DNA of 64,000 nucleotides from Candidatus Omnitrophota bacterium (GTDB lineage: Bacteria; Omnitrophota; Gorgyraeia; Gygaellales; Profunditerraquicolaceae), in assembly GCA_026416665.1 (NCBI GenBank), contig JAOAET010000028.1:3706-67705 (forward strand), in the 5' to 3' direction. This document shows positions 12,134-22,260 of this stretch, piece after piece. Under the pieces are notes generated by a model. The model was not told the DNA's origin, ran no database searches, and was given only the letters and a program-made list of their open reading frames with translations. The translations under genes were made by a program, and so were the position numbers. How positions within the stretch are numbered: the stretch's first letter is position 1; every line of letters starts with the position of its first letter.

Positions 12134-13399
12134 TTAACTACGCACCTGTCCTGAACCAAATACCATATACTTATAAGTAGTTAATTCCTCCAAAGCCATT
12201 GGCCCGCGAGCGTGTAATTTATCTGTAGAAATACCTATCTCTGCACCCATGCCAAACTGCCCACCGTCAGTAAAACGTGTTGAGGCATTAACATATACGC
12301 AGGCTGAATCAACAAGACGTAAAAATTCCAATGCGGAGTTATAATTTTCAGTAACAATAGTATCGGAGTGATGTGAACCAAAGGTATTAATATGTTCAAT
12401 TGCCTCCTCTAAAGACTTAACTACCTTAACTGAAATTTTTAAATCTAAATATTCTGTTCGGTAGTCCTGTTCTGTAGCCAGTTTTATGGGAATACCTTTG
12501 GCAATCTTTTGTGTCAAAGCACAGCCCCTTATCTCTACATTTGCCTCATAGAATTTTTTAAGACACAAAGGTATGAAACGAGGTGCGACATCTTGATGCA
12601 CAAGAAGTGACTCCATTGCATTACAAACCGCAGGTCTTTGTAGCTTTGCATTTAAACAAATCTTCTCTGCCATATTTAAGTCTGCCCACTCATCAACGTA
12701 GACATGACAGATACCCTTGTAATGTTTTATTACTGGTATGCGCGAGGATGATACTACTTTCTTTATTAATTCTTCTCCACCACGAGGTATCACTAAATCA
12801 ATGTAGTCATTTAACTTTAACAGTTCATCCACAACACTACGGTCTCCGGTGGTAATAAAATTAATCATTGCTGGGTCAATATTGTTCTTGACTAAAACAG
12901 ACCTTAAAATCTCATAAATAGCAATATTAGAATTGATTGCCTCGCTTCCTCCGCGCAAAATAACACTGTTTGAGGTCTTAAAACATAGTCCAATACAGTC
13001 AGAGGTAACATTGGGACGCGCTTCATAAATAATAGCAATTACTCCTATGGGCACACGCACTTTATGAATCCATAGACCATTGGGTCTACACCAGGCCTTA
13101 AGCACTTGTCCTACTGGGTCAGAAAGTGTAGCAATATCTCTTAAAGCTTGGCTCATTGACTGAATGCGTTTATCATCTAGCATCAGTCGGTCAAGCATTG
13201 CTTTACTGATTTTATTTTTTTGTGCTAAGCTTAAGTCTTTTTGATTTTCTTTAATAATGTGGGTGCGTTTCTGCCATAAAGATTCAGCCATTTCTTGCAA
13301 TACCTTATCTTTTAACTGGCTGGATAACCTCAGAGAATTTTGGGCAGCTTTTTGGGCTGCTTTCGCCATCTCAATAATAGAAAAGGTATTCTTTTTCAT
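12134..13399 (-). CDS. proA: Gamma-glutamyl phosphate reductase
   Basis: Aldehyde-dehydrogenase-family protein immediately downstream of proB, with the conserved catalytic Cys region (NASTRFTDG). Confidence 0.9.
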   Translation of the reverse strand: MKKNTFSIIEMAKAAQKAAQNSLRLSSQLKDKVLQEMAESLWQKRTHIIKENQKDLSLAQKNKISKAMLDRLMLDDKRIQSMSQALRDIATLSDPVGQVLKAWCRPNGLWIHKVRVPIGVIAIIYEARPNVTSDCIGLCFKTSNSVILRGGSEAINSNIAIYEILRSVLVKNNIDPAMINFITTGDRSVVDELLKLNDYIDLVIPRGGEELIKKVVSSSRIPVIKHYKGICHVYVDEWADLNMAEKICLNAKLQRPAVCNAMESLLVHQDVAPRFIPLCLKKFYEANVEIRGCALTQKIAKGIPIKLATEQDYRTEYLDLKISVKVVKSLEEAIEHINTFGSHHSDTIVTENYNSALEFLRLVDSACVYVNASTRFTDGGQFGMGAEIGISTDKLHARGPMALEELTTYKYMVFGSGQVRS

Positions 13400-13402
13400 A
13401 AT

Positions 13403-14461
13403 TTACTGCAGGATTACCAGATTATCACAATGAATAACTTCTCGTTCTAAACGCTTTCCTAAAGAATTCTCTAATGTCTTTGATGAGATAGCAACTTTTC
13501 CTCGTGCAAATTCCTTGCCTTCTTTGTCACAGATACTTACGACATCGCCTTCATTAAAGTTTCCACAGCAACGAAAAACACCAACTGAAAGAAGACTTTT
13601 GTTGGCAAATAGTGCCTTCTTTGCTCCATCATCAACAAAAACTGAACCTTTCGGCCGAGCACCAAAACCAATCCAACGTTGCCGTTGAGGTAACCCTTTT
13701 TGCTTGGGAACAAAATATGTGCCAATTGCAGTATTATCTTCGGCTAAACGTAGTAACACATCTGGAAACTTACCCGAAGCAATTACGCAACCAATACCTG
13801 AATCCGTAGCAATCTTAGCAGCTTTAAGCTTGGTAGCCATTCCTCCTACGGATGTTTTTTTTGTAGTGGAAGAAGCCAAAGACATTATCTCAGGTGTAAT
13901 GGTGCTTACCCGACGAATCACGGTTTTTTTGTCTTTATCAAAAAGACCATCTACATCGGAAAGAATAATCAAAAGTTCCGCGCCTATTAAAGTTGCTACT
14001 AAGCCAGAAAGCTGATCGTTGTCACCAAATTTTATTTCTTCGGTTGAAACAGTATCATTTTCATTAATAATCGGAATTATTTTAAAAGCAAGTAAGGCCT
14101 CTAAAGTATTTTTGGCATTTAAATACCTTTTACGCTGAGTAAAATCATCCCACGTTAATAAAACCTGACCGCAAAGTAGTCCAAACTTTTTAAAGGAATT
14201 CGAGTATAATGACATTAATTGATTTTGCCCAATAGCTGCGGCAGCTTGTAATTGAGAAAGTTCTTTGGGTCTTGAATGCAAACCTAAAATAGACATACCC
14301 AAGGCAATAGCACCTGAAGAAACAATTAAAAAATGATATTTTCGATTATGTAATATACTTATTTGCCTGGCAAAACTATCTAAAACCTCACCTGCGAAAT
14401 TACCTTTATCATCAAAAAATATACTAGACCCAATTTTTACTACTATACGTTTTGCCTTCAT
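13403..14461 (-). CDS. proB: Glutamate 5-kinase with C-terminal PUA domain
   Basis: An amino-acid kinase fold (VVKIGSS...) followed by a PUA domain. Confidence 0.9.
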   Translation of the reverse strand: MKAKRIVVKIGSSIFFDDKGNFAGEVLDSFARQISILHNRKYHFLIVSSGAIALGMSILGLHSRPKELSQLQAAAAIGQNQLMSLYSNSFKKFGLLCGQVLLTWDDFTQRKRYLNAKNTLEALLAFKIIPIINENDTVSTEEIKFGDNDQLSGLVATLIGAELLIILSDVDGLFDKDKKTVIRRVSTITPEIMSLASSTTKKTSVGGMATKLKAAKIATDSGIGCVIASGKFPDVLLRLAEDNTAIGTYFVPKQKGLPQRQRWIGFGARPKGSVFVDDGAKKALFANKSLLSVGVFRCCGNFNEGDVVSICDKEGKEFARGKVAISSKTLENSLGKRLEREVIHCDNLVILQ

Positions 14462-15423
14462 TGATACTGACTTAATTTTTTTCTTATCTGCACTATTAAA
14501 TCATCTAAACCCGTTTTATTTAAAGCGGAAATAGGAATAATTTTCCTTCTCACTGTTTTTTTGAAACGAGTTAAATTTTCTTCTGCTTGCTCTAAATCCA
14601 TTTTATTTGCGACAATCAATTGAGGTTTTTGAGCTACTTCTTTGCTGTAAGCAGCAAGTTCTTTATTAATAATCTTATAATCAGAGATAGGGTCACGACC
14701 TGACTGTCCTCCCATGTCAATAAGATGAACTAAAATCTTGGTGCGCTCTATATGCCGAAGAAAACGATCTCCCAAACCTTTCCCTTGTGCTGAGCCTTCT
14801 ATTAAACCTGGGATATCTGCAATAATAAAAGTTGTCTCACCTTCACCTACTACACCTAAAATCGGTGTCTTGGTTGTAAAAGGATAAGGTGCAATCTTAG
14901 GGGTAGCATTAGAAAGTGCTGCTATTAAAGTTGACTTACCGGCATTAGGAAAACCAACTACTCCTACATCAGCAATAAGTTTGAGGTCTAAAAGTATGGT
15001 TCGCGTTTCTCCCGGCTGTCCACAGGTTACCTGGCGATTTTTTTGGTTACCCCTGCCTCCTTCACCACCTCGAGCGACAACAATTTCTTGACCATCAAAC
15101 TCAAGGTCACGCAAAACACACATTGTCTGTGCATCTTTTACAACAGTTCCACAAGGTACACGAATCACTACGGCAGGTGCATCTTTTCCACGTTTATTCT
15201 TACTTGAGCCATGTCCACCATGAGCACCCACAAAATGACGGTTATATTTAAAATCAAGCAATGTTCTTAAGTTGCGGTCAGCACGAATAATGATATCTGC
15301 GCCCCGACCTCCATCTCCTCCATCGGGTATACCATACCGAGTATATTTATCGCGATAAAAACTTTGACAACCTTTTCCTCCTGAACCTGCTTGAACTTTG
15401 ATTATTGCTTGGTCTACAAACAC
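14458..15423 (-). CDS. obg: GTPase Obg
   Basis: Gly-rich Obg fold (GGDGGRGGD), GFPNAGKST P-loop, DIPGLIEGA. Confidence 0.9.
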   Translation of the reverse strand: MFVDQAIIKVQAGSGGKGCQSFYRDKYTRYGIPDGGDGGRGADIIIRADRNLRTLLDFKYNRHFVGAHGGHGSSKNKRGKDAPAVVIRVPCGTVVKDAQTMCVLRDLEFDGQEIVVARGGEGGRGNQKNRQVTCGQPGETRTILLDLKLIADVGVVGFPNAGKSTLIAALSNATPKIAPYPFTTKTPILGVVGEGETTFIIADIPGLIEGSAQGKGLGDRFLRHIERTKILVHLIDMGGQSGRDPISDYKIINKELAAYSKEVAQKPQLIVANKMDLEQAEENLTRFKKTVRRKIIPISALNKTGLDDLIVQIRKKLSQYQ

Positions 15424-15425
15424 AG

Positions 15426-15737
15426 CTAAACCTTAATTTTTTTGATTTCAAGACGTGTAAGTTGTTGACGATGACCTTTTTTTGTGTGTGATGACTTACG
15501 CCTACGGTATTTAAAAGTAATTTTCTTTGGCCCTTTCTCTTGCGCAAGGACTACTGCCTCAACAGAGACACCTTCTAAGTATGGTTTTCCTATTTTAACA
15601 TTATCACCGTCAGCAACTAAAAGAACCTTATCTAAGGTTATAGTCTCACCTGTTCCTGCATTTTGTTTTTCTACTAAAATTACCTGACCTTCTGAAATAA
15701 TCTGCTGTTTTCCTCCAACTTCAATAACTGCAAACAT
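15426..15737 (-). CDS. rplU: 50S ribosomal protein L21
   Basis: MFAVIEVGGKQQ... Confidence 0.9.
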   Translation of the reverse strand: MFAVIEVGGKQQIISEGQVILVEKQNAGTGETITLDKVLLVADGDNVKIGKPYLEGVSVEAVVLAQEKGPKKITFKYRRRKSSHTKKGHRQQLTRLEIKKIKV

Positions 15738-15834
15738 TTTTCTTCCTCCTTATATATGTTTTAATTAGTTAGAAAAATTATTATATCTCATATACTTTAT
15801 AAAATCAAGGTAAAATATAAATGGTTTAAATGAT

Positions 15835-17292
15835 TTAAGTAATAGCGATATCTTCTACTTTAAAGGAAGAATTAGAAATGAGGTCAACGCGTAAATGGTA
15901 AGTGCGCTCAATATTTTTTAATCCTTGTGGCTCCTTAATTAATTCCGCTGCAACGTCAGGATGCACTGTAACCGACACCCGACGCAACCGCTTATTTGCA
16001 CAAAACTTGCGTAATTGCTTAATTACTTGAATAGCCATAGTAAGGGCAGACTTAACTTTACCCCTACCCTGACAATATGGACAGTCTTGGTATGAGATAG
16101 TAGCCACCGTGTTGTGCACACGCTCACGAGTCATTTCTACCAGCCCAAATTTAGATATCCCCAATACATCATATTTGGCCCTGTCTGCCTTAAGTGCCTC
16201 CTTAAGCAGGCGTAGGACCTGGCGTCGGTGTTCCTCTTTTTCCATATCTATAAAATCAATTACTATAATTCCTCCTAAATCGCGCAGGCGTAACTGATGA
16301 GCAATTTCTTCAGCCGCCTCACAGTTAACTTTAAAGGCTGCTTCTTCTTGGTTTATTCTTTCTTTAAATCCACCAGTATTAACATCTATAACTACCAAAC
16401 CTTCAGTAGGTTCAATCACAATATACGCCTTGGACTTTAAATAAACCTTTTTTTCAAAAATCTTTGCTACTTGTCTTTCTACATCGTAATCACCAAAGAG
16501 ATCACTACCTTTATATAGTTCTACTTTTTTACGCAATGGTGACATAAAAGAATTAATAAATTTCAAAATACGGTAATATTCTGCCTTTGAATCTACAATT
16601 AATCTTGATACATCTTCAGTGAAGGAATCACGAATTACACGTAAGGTCAAATCATATTCTTCATAAACCAAAGAAGGTGTTCTCTGTCTTGGGATTGTCT
16701 TTTCTATTCTCCGCCACAGTTTTATAAGAAAATTAGCATCGCGTAAAAGCTCATGTTTTGTTTTTTCCATAGCTGCAGTACGCACAATAAAACCAAATTC
16801 TTTAGGAAGTTCTAACTGCTCCATTATGAGGCGCAGGCGTTTACGTTCTTCTTCATTTTCAATTCGTCTTGAAACTCCTAAACCTGGGTCAAGTGGCATT
16901 AAGACAAGATATCTTCCCGCAATACCAATTTGACACGAAAGGCGTGGTCCTTTTGTTCCAAATGACTCTTTTACTACCTGCACTAAAACCTCTTGACCTT
17001 TCTTCACTGTTTTTGGTTGATACTCAAGTAAATTATCTTCTGTCAACTTGTCAATTGTCTCATAGGCAGACTCTATTTCAGACAGATATAGAAAACCTTT
17101 CTTGGATAGACCGATATCAACGAATGCCCCATTTATTGAGGGAATAACTGCTTCAATTTTTCCTTTATAGATATTTCCAACAATAGTTTTTTCGTTGGGT
17201 CGCTCAATGTAGAACTCATCAAGTATCTTGTCTGCTAAAATTGCTACTCTTTTTTCTTGTGGTTCAACATTAATTAAAATCTCTTTTGACAT
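15835..17292 (-). CDS. rng: Ribonuclease E/G family endoribonuclease
   Basis: An N-terminal S1 domain followed by an RNase E/G catalytic core (DxNTG..., a Zn-link-like CPYCQGRG). Confidence 0.8.
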   Translation of the reverse strand: MSKEILINVEPQEKRVAILADKILDEFYIERPNEKTIVGNIYKGKIEAVIPSINGAFVDIGLSKKGFLYLSEIESAYETIDKLTEDNLLEYQPKTVKKGQEVLVQVVKESFGTKGPRLSCQIGIAGRYLVLMPLDPGLGVSRRIENEEERKRLRLIMEQLELPKEFGFIVRTAAMEKTKHELLRDANFLIKLWRRIEKTIPRQRTPSLVYEEYDLTLRVIRDSFTEDVSRLIVDSKAEYYRILKFINSFMSPLRKKVELYKGSDLFGDYDVERQVAKIFEKKVYLKSKAYIVIEPTEGLVVIDVNTGGFKERINQEEAAFKVNCEAAEEIAHQLRLRDLGGIIVIDFIDMEKEEHRRQVLRLLKEALKADRAKYDVLGISKFGLVEMTRERVHNTVATISYQDCPYCQGRGKVKSALTMAIQVIKQLRKFCANKRLRRVSVTVHPDVAAELIKEPQGLKNIERTYHLRVDLISNSSFKVEDIAIT

Positions 17293-17296
17293 ATCT

Positions 17297-17599
17297 TTAA
17301 CATATCCTTGCGGAAATTACCCGCACACCATCAGGTAAAACTGCATTTATTCTGCGTATAAATTCCTCTGCGGATAAAGGCTCTTTCAATATTACTTGCC
17401 CAATTTCGTTATCAGATTCAATTCCAAGTTTAAGGGCCCTTTTAAGACTCAGTTTCGGATGCGGATTAAAACCTTGAGTAATCATAACAGGTATCATTGC
17501 TCGTCGTAAAGCACGCATAAAAAGCCGCATCAAATCTAAATGTGAAATAAAACGCATTTTTTTACATTTACAAAACTTAAATTCAATAATAAATTTCAT
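17297..17599 (-). CDS. Short DUF2344-like (radical-SAM-linked) protein
   Basis: The RFISHLDLMR motif is typical of the DUF2344 family that is usually found beside RNase E/G genes. At 100 aa this copy is much shorter than the family norm. Confidence 0.35.
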   Translation of the reverse strand: MKFIIEFKFCKCKKMRFISHLDLMRLFMRALRRAMIPVMITQGFNPHPKLSLKRALKLGIESDNEIGQVILKEPLSAEEFIRRINAVLPDGVRVISARIC

Positions 17600-17808
17600 T
17601 GCCCTTTCAATTTTAAGTCAAAGTATTATACCAAGCTTAAAAATTTTTTTCAAAGGTTTTTTAAGTATCCTCAAAAAAGAAGTAATATATTATTTGGCGT
17701 ATCTGTTTTGCCTTTCTTTAACAGTTTAAATTTAAACTAACCGGCTATTTTTATTTTATCCTGCTTGGCCATTTTTTAATTAATGTTTTTTTAAGTTATA
17801 TTAGATAA

Positions 17809-17842
17809 ATAAAAAATAAAGGCCAGAAATCTATTTCTGGCC
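17809..17842 (-). terminator. Rho-independent terminator downstream of pilQ
   Basis: Perfect 10-bp stem GGCCAGAAAT/ATTTCTGGCC followed on the minus strand by a TTTATTTTTT run. Confidence 0.7.
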
Positions 17843-17880
17843 TTAAGGGATATTTTAGTTAGTTATATGTAACAGAAATT

Positions 17881-19590
17881 TTACTTTTTCTTTTTTGTTT
17901 TCTTATCTTTTCCTGCTGCCACAGTATTCATTCGTTGCTCTAATTTCGAAATTGTCTCTGGAGAAAATTCATTCTCTTTTACAACATGCGCAGTAATAAA
18001 AATAAGAAGATCTATTTTACCTGTATCAATGGTTTCTCTTCTAAAAAGCGCTCCTAAAAGTGGTACTTTACTTAAAAAGGGAACTCCGATAGTACTTTTT
18101 GTCTGAATATCTTTTAACAAACCGCCAATTACTACTGTTTCGCCATCTTTTAACATAATCTGTGTCTGGATTTCTCTGGCATCAATAACAGGATAATCAG
18201 TATCTGCTGAAAAAGGTTCAGCTGAAGAAGAGGTATATATTTTGTTGGTGGCGGTAACATAGTCACTTATGGTAGTAACACTGGGATGTATTATCATATT
18301 TATGTAGTTGTCTTCATTTACTTGTGGCACAACGTGTAAACGAATACCTACTTCTTGATAATACTCTTGGTTTTGAACTATGGTGGTAGTAGTTCCTCCA
18401 CTATCTTCACTAGAAGAGGTCAAAGAACTTTTTAAAATTGGTCTATACACTCCCACAAACATGGCTGCTTCCTGATTATCCAAAGTCATAATACGTGGTG
18501 CGGATAAGGTATTGGCATGCACCTGTTCTTCTAAGGCGTGAATTACTGCCTCAAACTGTGTTCCAGAAAGTTTTTCAAAGAGGATATTTAACCCTGCCTC
18601 AAATGTTTGGTACCCAGTAATACCCGATGCTTTAGGATCAAAATTAGAAGGTTTTACCTCAGAGGCAGAACCAAGGACATTAGCACCGATAGTGTTTTTC
18701 CTCACTTTTACCCCAGTAATTGTAGCAGTTGAACCCCCGCTTAAACCCGTTCCATAATCAAAACCAATATCCCGCAGTTTATCTACATTTACTTCCATTA
18801 TTCGCGCCTCAATAAGCACCTGTTTTTGCGGTTTATCTATCTTTGGTAAAACTTCGTTAATAATTTGGTCAAGTACAGAGTCAGTATCAGTAATCATTAA
18901 TGTCTTTGAACGTATAGAACGCTCTTGTTCAATTTTAGTAGTAACAAAACCTCCACTTGAAGTTCGTTCTACTGAAACAGGCTCGTTATACTTTGACTCT
19001 TCTTCTTTCTCAAGCATTCTAGCACCTGCTTCTTGTTGCCCGATTTTAAATGTACCAAATTTCCATCCTTTTTGACCACGGGAATAAAGAACAGATATCT
19101 TTCCCCTTGGTGACAGCATAGGAATAATAATTCTCTGTGCATCAAGGGCATCCAGAAATTTTAAGTTAATAATCTCTGTCCGTAATGGTTCTTCTGACTG
19201 GATTTTTGCCATATTCTCAATTTTGGTTACCAAAATGACATTACCTTGTTTTTGGTAACCATAACCATTGCTTTTTAGGATTATATCCAATGCCCTATCC
19301 CAAGGTACATCTACTAAACGTATGGTTACTGTTCCTATCACATCAGGAGTAGGTACGATATTTATCCCTGATTTCTGACCTATTATCTTTAAAACATTTC
19401 TTATATCTGCATCTTTAAAATCTAAAGTTACATTTTCTACTGAGCTTACCACCGACGTTTGTTCAACCTGCTGTGAATTCGCTTCAGAAGACGAACCTGC
19501 TTTCTCTTGCGCTTCTATTAACGCAGAAGGACTATAAAACAAAAGTAATAACATCAGTATCAACTTTCCTATCTTTTGACCCTCTTTCAT
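17881..19590 (-). CDS. pilQ: Type IV pilus secretin
   Basis: C-terminal secretin domain (GGLLKDIQTKS...VPFLSKVPLLGALF), an N-terminal signal peptide, and a position at the end of the pilMNOP genes. Confidence 0.85.
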   Translation of the reverse strand: MKEGQKIGKLILMLLLLFYSPSALIEAQEKAGSSSEANSQQVEQTSVVSSVENVTLDFKDADIRNVLKIIGQKSGINIVPTPDVIGTVTIRLVDVPWDRALDIILKSNGYGYQKQGNVILVTKIENMAKIQSEEPLRTEIINLKFLDALDAQRIIIPMLSPRGKISVLYSRGQKGWKFGTFKIGQQEAGARMLEKEEESKYNEPVSVERTSSGGFVTTKIEQERSIRSKTLMITDTDSVLDQIINEVLPKIDKPQKQVLIEARIMEVNVDKLRDIGFDYGTGLSGGSTATITGVKVRKNTIGANVLGSASEVKPSNFDPKASGITGYQTFEAGLNILFEKLSGTQFEAVIHALEEQVHANTLSAPRIMTLDNQEAAMFVGVYRPILKSSLTSSSEDSGGTTTTIVQNQEYYQEVGIRLHVVPQVNEDNYINMIIHPSVTTISDYVTATNKIYTSSSAEPFSADTDYPVIDAREIQTQIMLKDGETVVIGGLLKDIQTKSTIGVPFLSKVPLLGALFRRETIDTGKIDLLIFITAHVVKENEFSPETISKLEQRMNTVAAGKDKKTKKKK

Positions 19591-19958
19591 AATCCCTCCT
19601 CTTCTAAGATAATCTCTTGGGGCTGACCTGCTTTGATTAATACTACTTTTTTCTCTTCAATACGTAAAACACAATAGCCATCAATTACATCTGCTACTTT
19701 AACAATTTCGCCGTTTATAATAGCATAGGAAAGACCACGCTTATCATACATAATACCTTCAAGTTTAAGTCGATTTTCTGATTTATCTTGTCTTGGTTGA
19801 GCCACTAAAATCTGTAATCTTCCATCGTCTGTAACCCAAGGGATGAAAGGATCGGGTCTACCTTGTGAGTCATAAACTTCTTGGCTAAAACAATACCAAC
19901 TTACTGTGATAAATACCAAAAGTAAAAAAATTAATATTCTTATGTTTTTCTTTTTCAT
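19587..19958 (-). CDS. pilP: PilP-like pilus assembly lipoprotein
   Basis: Small protein with an N-terminal TM/signal segment, positioned between pilO and pilQ. Confidence 0.45.
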   Translation of the reverse strand: MKKKNIRILIFLLLVFITVSWYCFSQEVYDSQGRPDPFIPWVTDDGRLQILVAQPRQDKSENRLKLEGIMYDKRGLSYAIINGEIVKVADVIDGYCVLRIEEKKVVLIKAGQPQEIILEEEGL

Positions 19959-20545
19959 TGTGGTTTAATTAAGGTGCGTAAGCTCAAAGTAATCCGTAGT
20001 TTCTGAAACTCATCTTGCTTTCGCATTATCTTAAATTCATCACAAGAAAATGGCTTATCACTATTTTCCAAGGCATTAAGAAAAATTCCGAAATCATGAT
20101 AACCGCATACTAAATCTAACTTAAGTAATAACGGAGTGATCTGAGATTGAAAATCAGTGGTTTTCTTATTTGAACCCTGCTGTTTTGGCGTAGCTACAGG
20201 TTGCTTCAAATGCACTATTTGACCAACTTTTATATTATTTGTCTTTGCCATTAAAGTTATCTCTTGCAATAAAAGGGGTAACTCTGTCTCATCAATAATC
20301 CGCCTTGATGTTACTTGTTGGCCTTCATCATTAAGTCGTTTCTCGGATAACTGCTGTGCCTGTCTCTTGATGTCTGCTATTGTTCGTTTGGTTAGAATTA
20401 TTTTTGCCTTACAAGAAGCAGCGTGTTTTATTTGTGCACCCAAAACAAAAAAGATATCCAGAATAAGCATAATTCCTAATGCGATACCTAAAGCAATAAG
20501 TTTCTGTTTGTCTAACTGGTTAAGTTTCTCTAATAGAATACGCAT
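19955..20545 (-). CDS. pilO: PilO-like pilus assembly protein
   Basis: A single N-terminal TM helix followed by a coiled coil, located after pilN. Confidence 0.5.
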   Translation of the reverse strand: MRILLEKLNQLDKQKLIALGIALGIMLILDIFFVLGAQIKHAASCKAKIILTKRTIADIKRQAQQLSEKRLNDEGQQVTSRRIIDETELPLLLQEITLMAKTNNIKVGQIVHLKQPVATPKQQGSNKKTTDFQSQITPLLLKLDLVCGYHDFGIFLNALENSDKPFSCDEFKIMRKQDEFQKLRITLSLRTLIKPQ

Positions 20546-20547
20546 AA

Positions 20548-21123
20548 TCAGTTACTTTTTTGCTTTGCTTTAATAGTTATACTATAATCCTGAACAGTAA
20601 AACTTCCTTTTATTTGTGAATTTAACGGTCCTAACTCCAAAGCACTAAAATCTTTCATAAAATCTTTATCTGAACGGAGTGCTGACATAAAACGATTAAT
20701 AAGATCTATTTCATTGCCCTGACCTGATACCGAGACTACCGACCCATCAAGATAAAGCTCACTATTGGACATACTCATTTCATTTAGCCATACACCTGCA
20801 GGTAGTTGTAAAGAAATTGTGTTTAATTTCCTTGACCAAAGAATGCGATTGTTTAGGAAATCGCTAATCATTTTTCGCGCTGGATCTTGCTGCTGTTTTT
20901 GCTGTATTTCTATTTGTTTACGTTGGGGTTCTAGTGCATTCAAATTTTGCTGGACTGCCTTAAGTTGAAATATTCGGGATATCTGAATAAAGCCCAATAC
21001 AAGATGTAGGAAAATCACTAAACTCAACACAATACTTACAACAAGAACAATTCGCTCAAGATTCAGTCCAGTTGTGTCTTTTTTTGTCCGAAACTCATCT
21101 GGTAATAGATTTATCTGAAGCAT
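20548..21123 (-). CDS. pilN: Type IV pilus assembly protein PilN
   Basis: MLQINLLPDEFR (the INLLP signature), a TM helix and a coiled coil. Confidence 0.7.
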   Translation of the reverse strand: MLQINLLPDEFRTKKDTTGLNLERIVLVVSIVLSLVIFLHLVLGFIQISRIFQLKAVQQNLNALEPQRKQIEIQQKQQQDPARKMISDFLNNRILWSRKLNTISLQLPAGVWLNEMSMSNSELYLDGSVVSVSGQGNEIDLINRFMSALRSDKDFMKDFSALELGPLNSQIKGSFTVQDYSITIKAKQKSN

Positions 21124-21125
21124 AG

Positions 21126-22139
21126 TTAACTTGTCCTTAAAGCAAGCCCCACCGCTACTGCAAGTTGTCCTGAAATAAGTTTTAACTTTTCTGGGTCTAA
21201 GTTCTCTGCTATTAAAATTTTACGAAAGGGATCCCAATACTCTACAGGAAGCGATAAATAATTTTCCAGCATCTTATCAAAACCAGGATATCTGCTTGCA
21301 CCACCAGATAAAAGAACCCTCTCAACAGAAGTAATACTGCGCGATTCATAGTAATCACAAGAAGTGCGAATCTCTTGAGCAAGTTTGGTAAGTACAGGTT
21401 CTATGAGCCGTTGAATGTGCTCTTTTTTCTGGGGTTCTGCACTAATCTTTAATTCTTCAGCCTGTTTAAATTCAAGACCCAAACCATCAGCGATACGTTG
21501 AGTAATATTATTCCCACCAATGGATATGTCACGGCTAAGCGCAGGTAACCCATCATCAACAATACTTAAGTTACTGGTGGCAGAACCAATGTTAAGCAGA
21601 GCAATTGTTTTTGCTTTATAGGCAGGGTCTTGCGAATAACTGTATTCAAAGGCATTAATAAGTGCCAGAGAATCAATATCCACCACATCTACCTCTAAAC
21701 CAGCATCATGCAAAATTTTTAACCGTTGGTTAAGAAAATCTTTCTTGACCGCAGCCAAAAGAACCTTCATTTTGTTGTCCGGCAAATCTCTTAATATCAC
21801 AGCATCAATAACTACATCATTAACAGGAAAAGGTATATGTTTTTGCGCTTCAAACTTAATGGCTTGCTTTAAATCAGCTAAAGACATTTTAGGAAAATCA
21901 ATGTAACGAATAAGTGCCTGTTGACCCGAAACAGAGATATTTACACGGCGGGTATTTAACTTTTGGCTTATAGACTTTAGAACCGCATCCATTTCCAGCT
22001 GTGTTCGCTCAAGACAAAATCCAACTAACTCTGCTGTTTCTTTTGTAATTTTAAGTTTAACTGCTTTTACAGAAGAAATACCTAAATTTAGTCCAACGCT
22101 ATATTTTTCTTTTGCCAAGAACGCATCAAGTCCAAACAT
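21126..22139 (-). CDS. pilM: Type IV pilus assembly ATPase-fold protein PilM
   Basis: Actin-like fold (VGLNLGISSVKAV...) and the first position in the pilMNOPQ order. Confidence 0.85.
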   Translation of the reverse strand: MFGLDAFLAKEKYSVGLNLGISSVKAVKLKITKETAELVGFCLERTQLEMDAVLKSISQKLNTRRVNISVSGQQALIRYIDFPKMSLADLKQAIKFEAQKHIPFPVNDVVIDAVILRDLPDNKMKVLLAAVKKDFLNQRLKILHDAGLEVDVVDIDSLALINAFEYSYSQDPAYKAKTIALLNIGSATSNLSIVDDGLPALSRDISIGGNNITQRIADGLGLEFKQAEELKISAEPQKKEHIQRLIEPVLTKLAQEIRTSCDYYESRSITSVERVLLSGGASRYPGFDKMLENYLSLPVEYWDPFRKILIAENLDPEKLKLISGQLAVAVGLALRTS

Positions 22140-22260
22140 AGACTATCTTTCTTTATTTAAAAACATATTTTAAAAGCAGTTTTTAATCTTTCTCTATTTA
22201 TATTTATTATAAGTCTTCAGATAAAATAATCAATAAATTGAATTTTAATCTCTCTTTATT

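Noticed and set aside
15347-15547. 66-aa Arg/Lys-rich ORF spanning the rplU/obg junction, considered as a possible divergent L27
   Set aside because: The sequence has no L27 signature. It overlaps both flanking genes out of frame, and its basic composition simply mirrors the antisense/alternate frame of ribosomal-protein DNA.
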